A stretch of DNA of 64,000 bases, from the NCBI GenBank assembly GCA_951406725.2, contig OX597820.1, positions 61,876,001-61,940,000 of the forward strand, written 5' to 3'. This DNA comes from Octopus vulgaris. Lineage: Eukaryota. Positions 25,921-38,994 of the stretch are shown piece after piece. The stretch's first letter is position 1; each line of letters begins with the position of its first letter. The notes beneath the pieces are model-generated. The model did not search any database and was not told the DNA's origin. It saw only the letters and a program-made list of their open reading frames with translations. The translations under genes were made by a program, and so were the position numbers.

Positions 25921-27209
25921 TAGCTAAATTGGCAACATGACCATCTCCATATACAACAATATTTCTTTCAACACGAGTTCACTTCACGAATTGTAAAACT
26001 TACTGATAGTATAACACAATATTATATTTATATTTATAATCACACTTTATGTTCCATAAACTTTATAAATTTATATATATGTGATATTTTTATACTTTCT
26101 TATATCCTTCCATAATTTTTCCATAGTGCTTGTAATTTATAAATAAATATTTTCAAGATCTTTTATATAAGTTTACCCGATTTAGAAATACCTATTTTAT
26201 TGTTTATCTTTTAATCATGCATTATTCCATGAATAGTTACCTGCCCATATCGGTTTAGCTATTACCTCTGCATGTACTCTATTATACATTTTGTGTACCT
26301 CTAATTTAATTACCCCTCACAAATGATTCCATATGTTAGATATATTTTACTTGTCCACCTGTAACTGAGGAGAATAATCCTTGTTTTGATTTAATATATA
26401 CTATGCACTCCTACATAGATGGTAATTTCATTCATTAATAAATTCATTGTGGGATGCCTTTATCATGACCACCTTAACAACATGCTTAGGAAAGGCCTTA
26501 TGTACTTTCTCTTAGATATGAAAGTACCTCATTATTAGGTTCTAAGTTTAATTTCTAACCTTTTTCCTTTTTATTGATCTAAAATTCTTTTCTAAATTTA
26601 ATATGATAAATTTGCTAAGTCATGATGCATCCTGTATAACCCCAGTTCTAACTCCCACCATTAGAGCTTACTTTTACTTCTTTTATTTTTCATTTATTCC
26701 TCTTTTATTTGATAATCTAAGTAAGTGATAACCACTCCTACCCTTCCTTCTTCTAGTTATTACCTCTTCTCCATCAGTCATTCTCTCACTAGCATCTCTC
26801 AGACATATCCTTTTATGTAGATAAAGCTAGATATCTGGTCCTAGTAATATAAGGGTCTGGGAGATTGTATGACATTAATTAATTTATCGCTAGCAGCTGG
26901 AACATTATTAGATAACTCCCAATGGATTTAATTCTACATAGTTGTAGACTATATTCCGCATAAAATAAATAAAATAGAATAAAAAATAAATATAAATAAC
27001 TATTCCACCACTCCTATATCTTGGCCCCCACAATTTTCCTCTGCTACTCTCTAAATTATAGTAGGCTTAGGATGCTATATATTTTTCTCTAAATTCATTC
27101 TGCTACAAGTATAACAAAAGGAAACAATGTATTATTTTGGTTTCTAGTATTTATATAATGTGTTTCTAAAAATGGTTTATTTGTCATGTTGGAAACTTAT
27201 ATAATCATC

Positions 27210-27298
27210 TGCGTCTGAGGAGAGAGCGGTTTTTTTCAAGCTGATGTGGTGTTTTCATTGATCGATTAAATGGAGCCGCGTGAAACGGCCGGAATGCA
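27210..27298 (+). ncRNA. Hammerhead motif with long stem II, cleavage-site U mutated
   Basis: UGCGU-CUGAGGA-...GCGGUUUU...GGAGCCGC..-GAAA-CGGCCG-GA-AUGCA; (TA)n ~90 bp downstream. Confidence 0.65.
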
Positions 27299-27405
27299 CT
27301 GATATCTGGATATCTTTGTTACTTATTTGCTTTTTGTTCATCTAACTTTGAGCTGCACGGACTATACCTAATTAACTGAATCTTAATGATATATATATAT
27401 ATATA

Positions 27406-27599
27406 TAGTAAAGATTGTTTGCCAACATAACATAGCAGTCCTGGTTTAGGACGAATGTTGCTGTAATTTAACCCCAGGAGACATCGTCTCCAGCTGGCTA
27501 TACGACACGAGCTGGAGATGATGCCTCCTGGGACTAAATTACTGCAACATTCGTCCTAAACCAGGACTGCCATGTTATGTTGGCAAACAATCTTTACTA
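27406..27599. repeat. ~90-bp-arm inverted repeat (fold-back), 14-nt loop
   Basis: 27406-27495 is the reverse complement of 27510-27599 with about 6 mismatches. Confidence 0.95.
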
Positions 27600-28084
27600 C
27601 GAAGTACAGTTGTTGAATATCTCTCGTTGTGAAATTTAAAAATAGTAATTTTCTAATATATATATATATATGTATGCATGTATGCATGTATATTTTTGGT
27701 ATTTTTGTATAATTATTATTATTTTTCTCCTGTTGTATATAGCCGTAAGGCTTCGCGTTGTTATATATGCATAATTCTTCGTCTGTTATATTTATATATT
27801 GTCTTGTGTGTTTCTGACTCAGTATACATTCGCTAGCTTTTTCCCAGTCGCTTAATAACTGCACTGGCACCACCAAGATTGAATGGTCTCAATGATAATG
27901 GTGCAAAACGACGATGATATTTTGTTTCATTGACCGACGAGGAACACTCAACTGCGAATACTTCGTGTATGGTGTCTTTGTCTATATTCCCCGTCCATTA
28001 AGTTTTCGTCTAGTTACCCGTTTGCTCTGCTTTCATCTAACTTTATCTCCTCGTTGTGTTTTGCATATTTATATATGGTCATTT

Positions 28085-28320
28085 GGAGGTGCATGGTTTA
28101 ATGTTATGGTATTTCACTTGTGATCGTAAGATTGTGGTTTCGATTCCTAAACCGGACGATGCTTTATGTTGTTAAAACACTTCATTTCCAATTTCTTCAG
28201 TCCACTCAGCTGTCAAAAATGAGTAATCCTTCGACGGACGGACGTTCCCTCCATCGAGGGGAATACAGACTTCACATAATCAGGGAAACCTGCCTAATGG
28301 GCATATGGGCCGGGAAGGAA
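28085..28320 (+). mobile_element. Diverged CORE-like SINE (family D)
   Basis: ggaggtgcatggtttaatgtt...gtggtttcgattcct...cagtccactcagctg. Confidence 0.7.
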
Positions 28321-28639
28321 TTCTGATCTTATTTGATATCAGGTCATGTGCAAATATAATTTGGCATAGCACTAGGTTTCCTGATATTTTTCTTAGTACA
28401 CAAACACAAATACTCGTAGACGTACCTATGGAAGCGTGTTCTCACAAAAATGCACGCTCATTAGCGTTTACATTTACTTATTCAGACATATTTAATATTC
28501 AAATACACACGTATGTTTCGAAAGTGAAAATTTACAAACTTAAATAGTTGAAGTTGCATCCGAGCAAATATGTATTGTGTATGTGAGCATGTGTGCGTGT
28601 ATGTGAGTGTGTGTATGTGTGCGTGAGTGCCTTTCTACC

Positions 28640-28640
28640 C

Positions 28641-28682
<42 letters not shown>

Positions 28683-28683
28683 G

Positions 28684-28734
<51 letters not shown>

Positions 28735-28784
28735 CTATGCATTATATACATATTTATATATATACATACACATATATACATATG

Positions 28785-28855
<71 letters not shown>

Positions 28856-28899
28856 AATATATATATATACATACACATATATACATATGTATACACATT

Positions 28900-28943
<44 letters not shown>

Positions 28944-28952
28944 TATATATAT
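28640..28952. repeat. (TATC)n/(TA)n compound microsatellite
   Basis: Direct reading. Confidence 0.95.
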
Positions 28953-29429
28953 GCATTATCTTCTATCGTTTACGCGTTTCAAAGAACTATGACTATGCTG
29001 GGAACCGACCTCAGTTGTTGCGTTTGTGCTTGATACTTATGATATCGGGTCCTTTTCTCGAACCTCTATCTATCTATATCGCTTTTCATATATTTCGTAA
29101 TATTCTACTATACATACAAGCGCGTGTACGCGAACGCCCACACATACGCACACATTTACACGCACGCAACACACACACACACACTCGCGCGCGCGTGTAT
29201 TTGCATATGTATATTTGTGTGTGTTTGTGTGTGTGTGTGTGAGTATGTACATATATGAGAGCTGTTGTGCCTTCGTGTGTGTTGCATCCTTGACATACGA
29301 TGTCAGATGTTCAGCATTAAGGTAAAAAAACGTAAAAGAAAACGAAAACCTCCATTTCCAATTAATGTCTCTGCCGTGGTTGCCCAATTCTGTTTAGTTT
29401 GTTTTTCGCCGACTTTCTTTCATAATCAT

Positions 29430-29576
29430 ATCCTCCTCCTCCTCCTCCTCCTCCTTTACTCTTTTTCCTTCTTCTCCACCCTCTCCTCGTCGTTGTCATC
29501 GTCGACGTCGTCGTCGGGGTCATTATTATCATCAACGTTACGGTAGACATAATTGCCAAGAAAATTACCATCGTCG

Positions 29577-29632
<56 letters not shown>

Positions 29633-29862
29633 TATCATCATCTGTCATCATCATCACGATCAATCATCATCATCATCATCATCAACATCATCGACGCCAT
29701 CGTCATCATCATCATCATCATCATCATCATCAATTTCTAGCCCCACCAGCGCCACTACCAGCACCATCACCACCAACATCACCACCACCACCACCACCAC
29801 CACCACCACCACCACCACCACCACCACCACCACCACCACCACCACCACCACCACCACCACCA
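29430..29862. repeat. Trinucleotide cluster (TCC)n, (TCA)n, (CCA)n
   Basis: Direct reading. Confidence 0.95.
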
Positions 29863-30431
29863 TTACTATTTTTTCTTCATCTGACTTTTCTCCAATTTCT
29901 TCCAAGATCTTCTCTCATACATATGCACTCACACATACGCGTTTGTGTGTAGCATACCTATGTAATTATACTATAACAAACGTATTTGGTTGCATGTTTA
30001 TACACACACACACACACACACACACAGATGTAAATACGTGTGTGAGCGTGTGAATAGATGTGTGTGTGTGTGTCTTTGTTTGTGTATTTTTCATACAGGC
30101 GTGTGTTCATACTTACATGCATTCATACAAAATACGTCCCCAAACATACCTAGATAGGTAGATGCAGTGAACCAAATACAAATTCATGATAATAGGATAA
30201 TAGAAGGGAACAACACTAAATCTTGGTTTTCATAACCTCTGTAGACTTAGCATAGAGATGAACACCACATGGGGTCCGGTAATTAAAAACCGAAAGAACA
30301 TTAAACCAACGACCATGTAATGTTCAAAGCTTCTTATTTTCCACTATGTAATTCTCCCTATACGACAATGAGAAAGTTAATACAAGGGATAGAAGTGCTG
30401 ATTACGCATTAGATATACGTGTTTAGTTATG

Positions 30432-30760
30432 AAGGCGCATAGCTCAATGGTTAGAGCGTCGGGCTCATGATAATGAGGTAGTGAGTATAATTTTCGGGCC
30501 GAGCTGCGTGTTGTGTTCTTGAGCAAGACACTTTATTTCATGTTGCTCCAGTTCACGTAGCTGTATAAATGAGTTTCAACGTCACTGGTGCCAAGCTGTA
30601 TCGGCCTTTGCCGTTCCCGTGGATAACAGCAGTAGCATAGAGAAGGGACACTGCTATGTATAAGCGACTGCTGGTCTTCCATAAACAACCTTGCCTGGAC
30701 TTGTGGCCACTAGGTACAATCCCATGGTCATTCATGACCGAGTGGGGTTTTACCCCCTTT
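30432..30760 (+). mobile_element. CORE-like tRNA SINE with a distinct 3' tail
   Basis: ggcgcatagctcaatggttagagcg A-box head; gttgtgttcttgagcaagacactttatttc core. Confidence 0.8.
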
Positions 30761-30889
30761 GTTTATAAATGTCTAACTTATGGAAGCGATTTCAATTTCT
30801 ACGTCAGTCAAGCTATATATATTTTGCCTCATGCATAATAGACTAGACGTATCTCAAATAGTATAATGATAATAATAAGGATCGCAAGA

Positions 30890-31105
30890 CAGTGAGCTAG
30901 CAGAATCGTTAGCACACAGAGCAAAACACTTAACAACATTTCGTCCGTCCATACGTTCCGAGTTCAAATTCCGCTGGGGTCGACTTTGCCTTTCATCCTT
31001 TGGAGGTCGATTAAATAAGTACCAGTTGAGCACTTGGGTTGATGCAATTGATATAGTCCCTCTCTCGAAATTGCTGGCCTTCTGCCAAAATGTGAAACCA
31101 ATAAT
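30890..31105 (+). mobile_element. SINE family B
   Basis: gagctaggcagaatcgttagc...gtcgactttgcctttcatcc. Confidence 0.85.
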
Positions 31106-31313
31106 AAGGAAAGTATTCTTAGTATGGACAAAAGAAGGAGAAGAAACTATCGATGTGGATGTAATAGAGGATTGGGATTTCAATTCAGTAAGCATTATAG
31201 AATATGACAGACGCTTGGTAAGGGCTGGAAGGTACAGCAACCGAACGATTGTGATATCCTGAACCAAGATAAGAGCACTGTGTGTATAATAATGAAAATT
31301 CCTCATCTTAGCA

Positions 31314-31353
<40 letters not shown>

Positions 31354-31378
31354 ATGTATATATGTGTGTGTGTGTATG

Positions 31379-31433
<55 letters not shown>

Positions 31434-31487
31434 CTAAATTTTTCCCGAATTTGTTTAAATGTGCATAGAATGATATATCAGTTGAAT

Positions 31488-31600
31488 AAAGTTAAAACAT
31501 GGTCTGGTTTTCACGTTTTTCTTGTGGCATTTAAAAAAAATATATAATTTTTTTTACAATGTTGAAAAGCGTTAAACATTAAAAAAATATTTTGAAATGT
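31488..31600 (-). mobile_element. Inverted copy of the PLE tail at 33385-33498
   Basis: Reverse complement aligns with tcaacattgtaaaaa...cgtgaaaaccagaccatg. Confidence 0.75.
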
Positions 31601-31687
31601 TTGACATCGACGTCATCATCGTTAACATCATCACCATCTCTAGCACCACCAGCGCCACCACCACCACAATCACCACCGGCATCACCA

Positions 31688-31764
<77 letters not shown>

Positions 31765-31907
31765 AAATTATAGTTTAGGATATGTAAGAGATACCACCAC
31801 GCTGGAGATAGCAGCCAAAATTTGACTCTAAAACCGCATTAAGTGTTCATACACCACTCGGAGAGAAGACAAAAAGACAAAATAAACTAGCAAAAAATTA
31901 CTGGATA

Positions 31908-31965
31908 ATTCCAGACCCCGGATTTCTGATTCTGCATAAGAAATGCTTTGCCTCATCAGTGGAAT
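31908..31965 (-). ncRNA. Hammerhead motif, intact core, weak stem II (solo pLTR ~31762-31980 next to (TA)n)
   Basis: AUUCCA-CUGAUGA-GGCAAAGCAU..AUGCAGAAUCA-GAAA-UCCGGG-GUC-UGGAAU; 6-bp stem I. Confidence 0.7.
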
Positions 31966-32104
31966 ATACACAAATAGTAACATAAATACACACACATACA
32001 CATATATATATATACATACAACCTACGAATACTTACATATACGAACGTTTACATACACGTATGCACACGACCAGTTTATATTTATGCACATAAATATATA
32101 TATG

Positions 32105-32138
<34 letters not shown>

Positions 32139-32172
32139 CATACATACATACATACATACATACATACATACA

Positions 32173-32208
<36 letters not shown>

Positions 32209-32210
32209 TA

Positions 32211-32266
<56 letters not shown>

Positions 32267-32329
32267 CACACATGCAGGCAAATACGTTTGTTATAGTATA
32301 ATTACGTATGTGCGCAAATGTATGAGAGA

Positions 32330-33498
32330 AGTTCTTGGACGCAAAAGAGATACTTATAGAACAACTTGTCGCAACAAGAAAAAGATGAAGCAATCAACAG
32401 AACACAATGCCATTTCTAGTAACACAATCCGCATCACGAAAACATCTTTAACATCATCAAAACAAATTTGCCAATCATGAAACAAAAGGAAAAATTAAAA
32501 GAAAACACAATAACTAATCAAACACTTATCTTAAGCACATAACCTAAAGAAACAATTAACAAAAACAAAATTCAACAGGAACAAACAGGATAAAAAATTT
32601 ACAGCATCCAAGTGTAATGATAATAGATGTAGAGCGTGTCAATACATGCATACTGGTAAGTTCTTAAGAACATAAAATAAACAGATTTTCGCAAATGCAG
32701 GTATGAACTGCAAAAACAGAAATTTGATCAACTGCAATAAATGCCCGAATTTAGAGGAACTATATATTGGCGAGACAGGGAATGCATTATCGGAACGCTC
32801 ACGAGTCCACAGACAACAAATCCGGAATACTAATCTTCGCCAAATTCCACTGAGCAAACATGTGGCCAGAAAAGGTTTCTAATTTTTCCTTTCCACAAAC
32901 TACATGACACAAGTGAGGTGGGAAGAAAGATAAAAGTAAAACGGTTTATTAAAATGTTCAAACCTGTCCCGAATGGAAATAGCAACAATAATATTGTTAA
33001 GGATATGGATTAAAAATATCTTTAAGATATGAATATAAACAAATTACAGAAGGCTCCCAGCAACTGATATAAAAACGATCGAAAACAATGAAGCTTGCTC
33101 ACTCTTAAAACCATTGCATGTAAACCGCAAGCTAACTGGTTAACATAAAGACGGGATCTATGCCAGAAATATCGGTACGCCCGGTAAACCGCGACGTTTA
33201 AGTTGCATGCGGATTTGTTAAAGCCATATTCCCAAAATTCGGCTTGTTAGAGCCTTCTAAGAGGTGCAACAAGGAAGAAGTTAGTCATTTTACTACAGTT
33301 ATCAAGAACTCAACTGTCATTTAAATACATTTTGAAATCTGATGATTACTATGAACGTATGAAAGCGCTAATTGAACTTTATGAACATTAAAAAATATGT
33401 TTTTGAATTTTTGACACACTTCAACATTGTAAAAACAAATTATATCTTTTTAAAATACCATGATAAAAAGCGTGAAAACCAGACCATGATTTAGCTTT
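32330..33498 (+). mobile_element. Decayed Penelope-like element (GIY-YIG, 3' UTR, pLTR) ending at (TA)n
   Basis: ~32697-32960 translates NCKNRNLINCNKCPNLEELYIGETGNALSERSRVHRQQIR...IPLSKHV; hammerhead at 33336. Confidence 0.85.
33336..33373 (+). ncRNA. Minimal hammerhead, intact core
   Basis: AAU-CUGAUGA-UUAC-UAUGAAC-GUAU-GAAA-GCGC-UA-AUU; palindromic AGCGCU stem III. Confidence 0.75.
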
Positions 33499-33575
33499 AT
33501 ATATATATATAATTGACAGAATGAGATGACAAAGCCAAGGCTGTGAGGAGTTTTCAGGACATTTATAAGGAAATA

Positions 33576-33623
33576 GTCTTACAGCTGTTTCTGGAATATT
33601 ATGGATATCCCTTCATCAGAGAC
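33576..33623 (-). ncRNA. Minimal hammerhead, intact core (pLTR ~33510-33990)
   Basis: GUCU-CUGAUGA-A-GGGAUAU-CCAUA-AUAUUCC-A-GAAA-CAGCUG-UA-AGAC; stems I and II paired, palindromic stem III, GUA triplet. Confidence 0.88.
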
Positions 33624-34000
33624 GGTGTGAGAAGATTAAATAGAGGAAGTATTTGAGTTCGAATTATTATGGAAAAGGATGAGATAGGGAATATAGAGGG
33701 AAATAAGAGAATGAAAGTAGAAATAAGATATATAACGATATTGTAGTTGCAGTTTCATTAACCGAGGTCAATGGTGGATATAAGTGGTAAAAGGTTTCCT
33801 GTACGTGGTATGTAAGTTCCAATAGCAGCTGATGTTTAGTCTTTTCATAGTATTAAATATCATTATGATATATATTATATAGAGTTATTGTACAGTTTTT
33901 ATACTATGAGTCTTCCATAGTAGCTTTCTCTAAATAACTCGCAAAGCCTTTCGGGTTTGGTTATAAAAATATTATTTAAGTAGTTTTATATATATATATA

Positions 34001-34340
34001 ACAAATGATAAATGGAATATACGAGAAAATTTATTGCTCACAATGGTCATTTCGACGCACGGATGGGATACTGTACAACTAGTTGCAGTGCGTTCACCGA
34101 GGGTTGTACAGTATCTCACCGGCGTTGAATCGATGCAAGATGGGTCGAAACGATCGTTGTGAGCAATAAAGTTTCTCGTATATTCCATTTTCAGTCTCTA
34201 TCATTTGCTATGTACTCCACGAACACTGAAGATCTAGCAATAATTATGCAAATACCGTGGATGACGTCAGGTAACTATAGGCAGTGAACGTGATTCACCA
34301 GCTAACTACTTGGCACATATCCAATGTTTAAATAATTAAA
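34001..34340 (+). mobile_element. Very short PLE insertion with inverted pLTR (fold-back) and degenerate hammerhead
   Basis: 34010-34056 inverted to 34144-34190; 34062-34079 inverted to 34103-34120; CUCAC...GAAA-CGAUCG-UU-GUGAG at 34115-34163; (TA)n on both sides. Confidence 0.75.
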
Positions 34341-34356
34341 TATATTTATATCTATA

Positions 34357-34398
<42 letters not shown>

Positions 34399-35629
34399 TG
34401 TGTGTGTGTTTGTGCGTTTGTATGTGTGCATATATGTCTGTGTGTATATATATATGTGTATGTATATGTGTGTGTGCATGTGTATGTCGTAAAATGTTAG
34501 AATTCTACGAAAATCACATCAAAGATGAAAGAAGTTCAAAATGAATTAATATCATATATATTTAGCTATTTTCAAAGAGTACGATGCATAAAAAAAAATA
34601 TATATATAATCAAAACTCTTTTCCTACCAGTTTCAACGCTAATTAGGTATCTTGAAGGTTACTAAATGTTTTTTCTATCTGTTTCAAAGTACAATGTCAT
34701 TAAATGCTTTTACTCAATTTCAAATACAACATAAACGGCAATAACACACGAATAGTCACTGATCTTCCTCATATCGCGAATGGAGTCATTGCTGAGAATG
34801 CAAATATCTTAATAATGTCAGGCGTAATAAAGTTATTTCAAGGGACATTATTAAGTCAGCTAAGCAGCCTAATAATGTTATGTCAATTAAAATACAATGC
34901 ATGTAATTGTGGCTGGTATTTTGTTTAGAAATTGCTCTGCTTTGCTTATTCGTTGCAGTTCCTTTGTTGAATCACTTCACTGACAATAAAATTCAGCAAG
35001 AGTGGTCACTCTTCAACAGAGTGTCAGGTCAGTTTAACCAATATAATATTCTCAGCAACCTTTGCAGGTTAAAATATATATTAAAGTTTCGGAACAACAC
35101 AACTAGAAATAATGTGAAGTTATTTCTAGTTTTGAAAACTAGGCCTTTTTAAAAATTCAGTATCTAATAAATAGCCCCATACTTCACAATTGAGGCGGCT
35201 ATATTTACTAACTTTTGTATTCACTTTTGCATTCATCACTGCCTATTTTTAAAGACTTTTCCTGTTTTTCACGTTCAATGATACAATCTTTTTCTATGAG
35301 CTTTATCATCATTTGGGTTCGAAATATATAACTAGATTTTCACGAATGTTAGCAAAAACTTCGCCGAATTTTGGATTAAGAGTTGTATCATAGCACATAA
35401 CATTTCTTTCATGTTTGTATATTGAAGTTACTAATTGTGAATTTGTTAAACTCAAAGAATATATTCTTTTAGTAAGTTCTTTCTCCATATCCTGTTACAT
35501 GATATTTTATTGAAGGTTTCAAGACTTGTATACATTCATTTCACTAAGCTTTATGCCAACACTGGGATCCATGTTGAGTCTCTACTTCTGAACTTGGTGA
35601 AAAAATGAATACTAGTATGGTTTCTCTTC

Positions 35630-35850
35630 CTTACTCTTTTACTATTTTACTTGTTTCAGTTATTTGGCTGCAGCCATGCTGGAGCACCGCCTTTAGTCGA
35701 GCAAATCGTCCCCAGGACTTATTCTTTGTAAACCTAGTACTTATTCTATCGGTCTCTTTTGCCGAACCGCTAAATTACGGGGACATAAACACACCACCAT
35801 CGATTGTCAAAAGATGTTGGGTGGGGGTGGGGGGACAAACACAGACACAA
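35630..35850 (-). mobile_element. SINE family A 3' half
   Basis: Similar to family A tail. Confidence 0.85.
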
Positions 35851-36710
35851 GAAATTAGAATTACATTCATTAAATGTACTAATCTAATCTAAGGTAATGC
35901 TTCCTATTCACATCATGCCATTCGGGAAATGTTCGAGTTACCATTCCAAATAAATCAGCGAAACGAATTTGCACAATAGACTTGAATCAGTCAGAAAGAT
36001 ATTATAGAGTGATGGATGGAGTTGAGGTCTTTAGCTGCAGTGAAGGCAGCTTGTAAATCAGAGGATCACTTTGAATAAAGTTGTAGTAGCACAAGTATAT
36101 AAACTTTGATCAACAGCCATTTGTAATACCCAATGGTTTTAGTTTTTGCTTCCTTTTAGTCAACTTTAAATATAGCCAAATAAGGCATGTATGAATCTTA
36201 ATTTCTAATTATAACGTATAACTGAGGAAATAGTCTTTCATCGGCATAGCTTTACTAGCCACTGCTGCTAAATGTGCTTCCACATTTACGGGTTTTGCAA
36301 ATATGCTGAAATTATATTTGCGAAAATAGCGCCATTGTAGGCCTGGCTTAAATGTATTAATGTTGGACGAGCGATTCTAATCTCACTACATTCGCTGATG
36401 TGGATGTAGCCGGGTCGCAGGGCTCCACGCGTATGACCTTGTTGTTTGCATTATAGAGTTAGCAGTGCAATGTGTCAGAACTACGTCGTGGTTTGTACAG
36501 CGTAACGCGTGTTCACTGCTAGTGCCTCTCCAGTCTATAGGTCCCGCAAGATGTATTTATTACTTAATATTCAAACAATCAGTCAATCTACACACATCCT
36601 CAGAGTGCCTTCATTACCGAGGGGCGCAGGTAACTGACAGCATGAATTTTAAGTAGCTGTCCATGCTATATCTATGTATGCATACAACAGTTTGTGTGTG
36701 TATATATATA

Positions 36711-36838
36711 CAGTAGTACTTCAGTTTTCGAACACTTCTGACCACGAATAAATTGTGCTTTATCTCCTGTCTTTCTCATATTCATTTAATACGATAGTAC
36801 CTCGGTTTACGAATGCCTCTCACCACGAATAAATCATG

Positions 36839-36893
<55 letters not shown>

Positions 36894-36943
36894 AAGCACG
36901 ATTTATTCATGATCAGAGGTGTTAAAAAACCAAGGTGTTACTG
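36711..36943. mobile_element. pogo/Tigger-like MITE with TIRs and internal (TA)n
   Basis: TA-CAGTAGTAC.TC.GTTT.CGAA left end (duplicated at ~36793) and inverted right end ...aaccaaggtgttactg-TA. Confidence 0.6.
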
Positions 36944-37001
<58 letters not shown>

Positions 37002-37012
37002 CATACATACAA

Positions 37013-37043
<31 letters not shown>

Positions 37044-38374
37044 AAAGGTCTGTAAAATGTTGTATACATAAACACACAAACGCACGCATACACGCACACT
37101 CACTCACTCTCTCTCTCACACACACACAAAACAAAACAACATTTTATTCATTCTCCTGTGTGATCTACGTATATATTAAAAAGCAAGAAGACATGTATGT
37201 TTATGTTTTGATATATAAAACGAAAGATGATATTTCATAAAATGACGAAAAGGGATGTATCGATATATTCTTATGTATTGAGTTAATTCATTTTCCCTGT
37301 AAACTGTCAGACAGACACTTTGAAACTTTTTTTCTAGCAATGCAACATTGTATGAAATTACTTCGCATAAAATAGCAACCAAACTTTGATGTTTTGATAT
37401 GAGCATTAGGTGGAGTGAAATTATATTTAATTATTTGTGCGTAAAAAGTAAATCCTAAATGATTTTTATACTAGTAAGCATTAATTAGTAATAAATAGAT
37501 ATTTAATAACACTATAGATTCTATGTTAATAGTATAAACACGGTTATGGGAGATATCAAGCATGAGAAACATGTACGTGTACGTGTGCATACATACATAT
37601 GTATATTTACTAACACACACACACACACACACAAACACACGCACACACACACACATACACATGCACACACAACTTTTTCTATCATATAATTATACATATA
37701 TAAAATAATTTTAATATAACAGTTGTACTTAGATGAAATCATAAACAGCATTTCTATAATTAAATTTAATCACTTTACCACAGCCTACAAACAAAAGTTA
37801 GCTATCATTTTTCATTAATATGCTGTTTTTGATGTAGATTAATATTATAAAATTGATAATCATTCATCAAAAATTTTTGATTTTATTTCGATTTTCGAAT
37901 ATAGTTTCAATTTTACTGTTGTTGGTTATATCATGTAACTAGCTATTTTTTTCCCCTTATATAAATCAATACTCAACGAAAAATGCTCATCACTATGGCG
38001 ACGGTTTTTGTTGCACAAATGTGCTGTTTTTCCTCACTGTATTTATATAACTATGGTGTAATATTTAATTATGTTTACATGCATTTGAAACAAAACTGGA
38101 GAGTACACAAACGTGTTTAGTATCGTAGGATCCGAGGCTCTCCTCCTCTTCGAAGTAGTACCCCAGCATGGGCGCAGTCTTATGACTGAAACAAGTAAAA
38201 GATAAAAGAGTATATACATACCTACGCATTCTGGTTTAGTACTCAATACCATTGTAGACATTAATAATATCTCAATTTTAGCAGAGTCGTCTCTTACAAG
38301 TCATAACTGATAACCTAGTGAACACGTAGGTGAAACTCTGTTGTTACATGATGCTAACTCGCACACCAAAGCCG

Positions 38375-38441
<67 letters not shown>

Positions 38442-38484
38442 GTATATATATATATATATTATATATATATATATGTATATATAA

Positions 38485-38546
<62 letters not shown>
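38375..38546. repeat. Long (TA)n tract
   Basis: Direct reading. Confidence 0.97.
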
Positions 38547-38994
38547 CAAGAGAGAAGGAGAAAGAGAAAGAGAGAGAGAAAAAGAGGTGGGATACTGAAG
38601 CAGAGCTGAAAAAGCAGGGGTTCCAACAGAAGAGATACAAGGAAAGACACCCCAGAATCAAGAAAATTAGAGAAAAGTCGTTGATGGCCTATGCTTTATG
38701 GGGTGGGGTGGGGGGGCGAAGTGCTTCAATAATTATGTGAAGTAATATATAAATGGTTTGCTGGAACAAAATTTCTGACAGGGTTAAACAATAATCACAG
38801 CAATAAGGACAATAACAATTTCACTGCAGCAGTTTAATTTTGTCCAGCTTTAATATTTTATCTGTCTTTATCACTAATATATTAAGTTGGTTACAAATTA
38901 TTTATTAATGAAAGCGGATTAGTGATTGAAGCTGCCATTTAAAACGTGTAAATAATCTCTTGTATTAGTAGACATCCTGTTACTAACATTGTGT

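Noticed and set aside
29362-30053. Ser/Thr-rich mucin-like or poly-Asp ORFs
   Set aside because: Pure trinucleotide repeats running into CA repeats; no splice or domain support.
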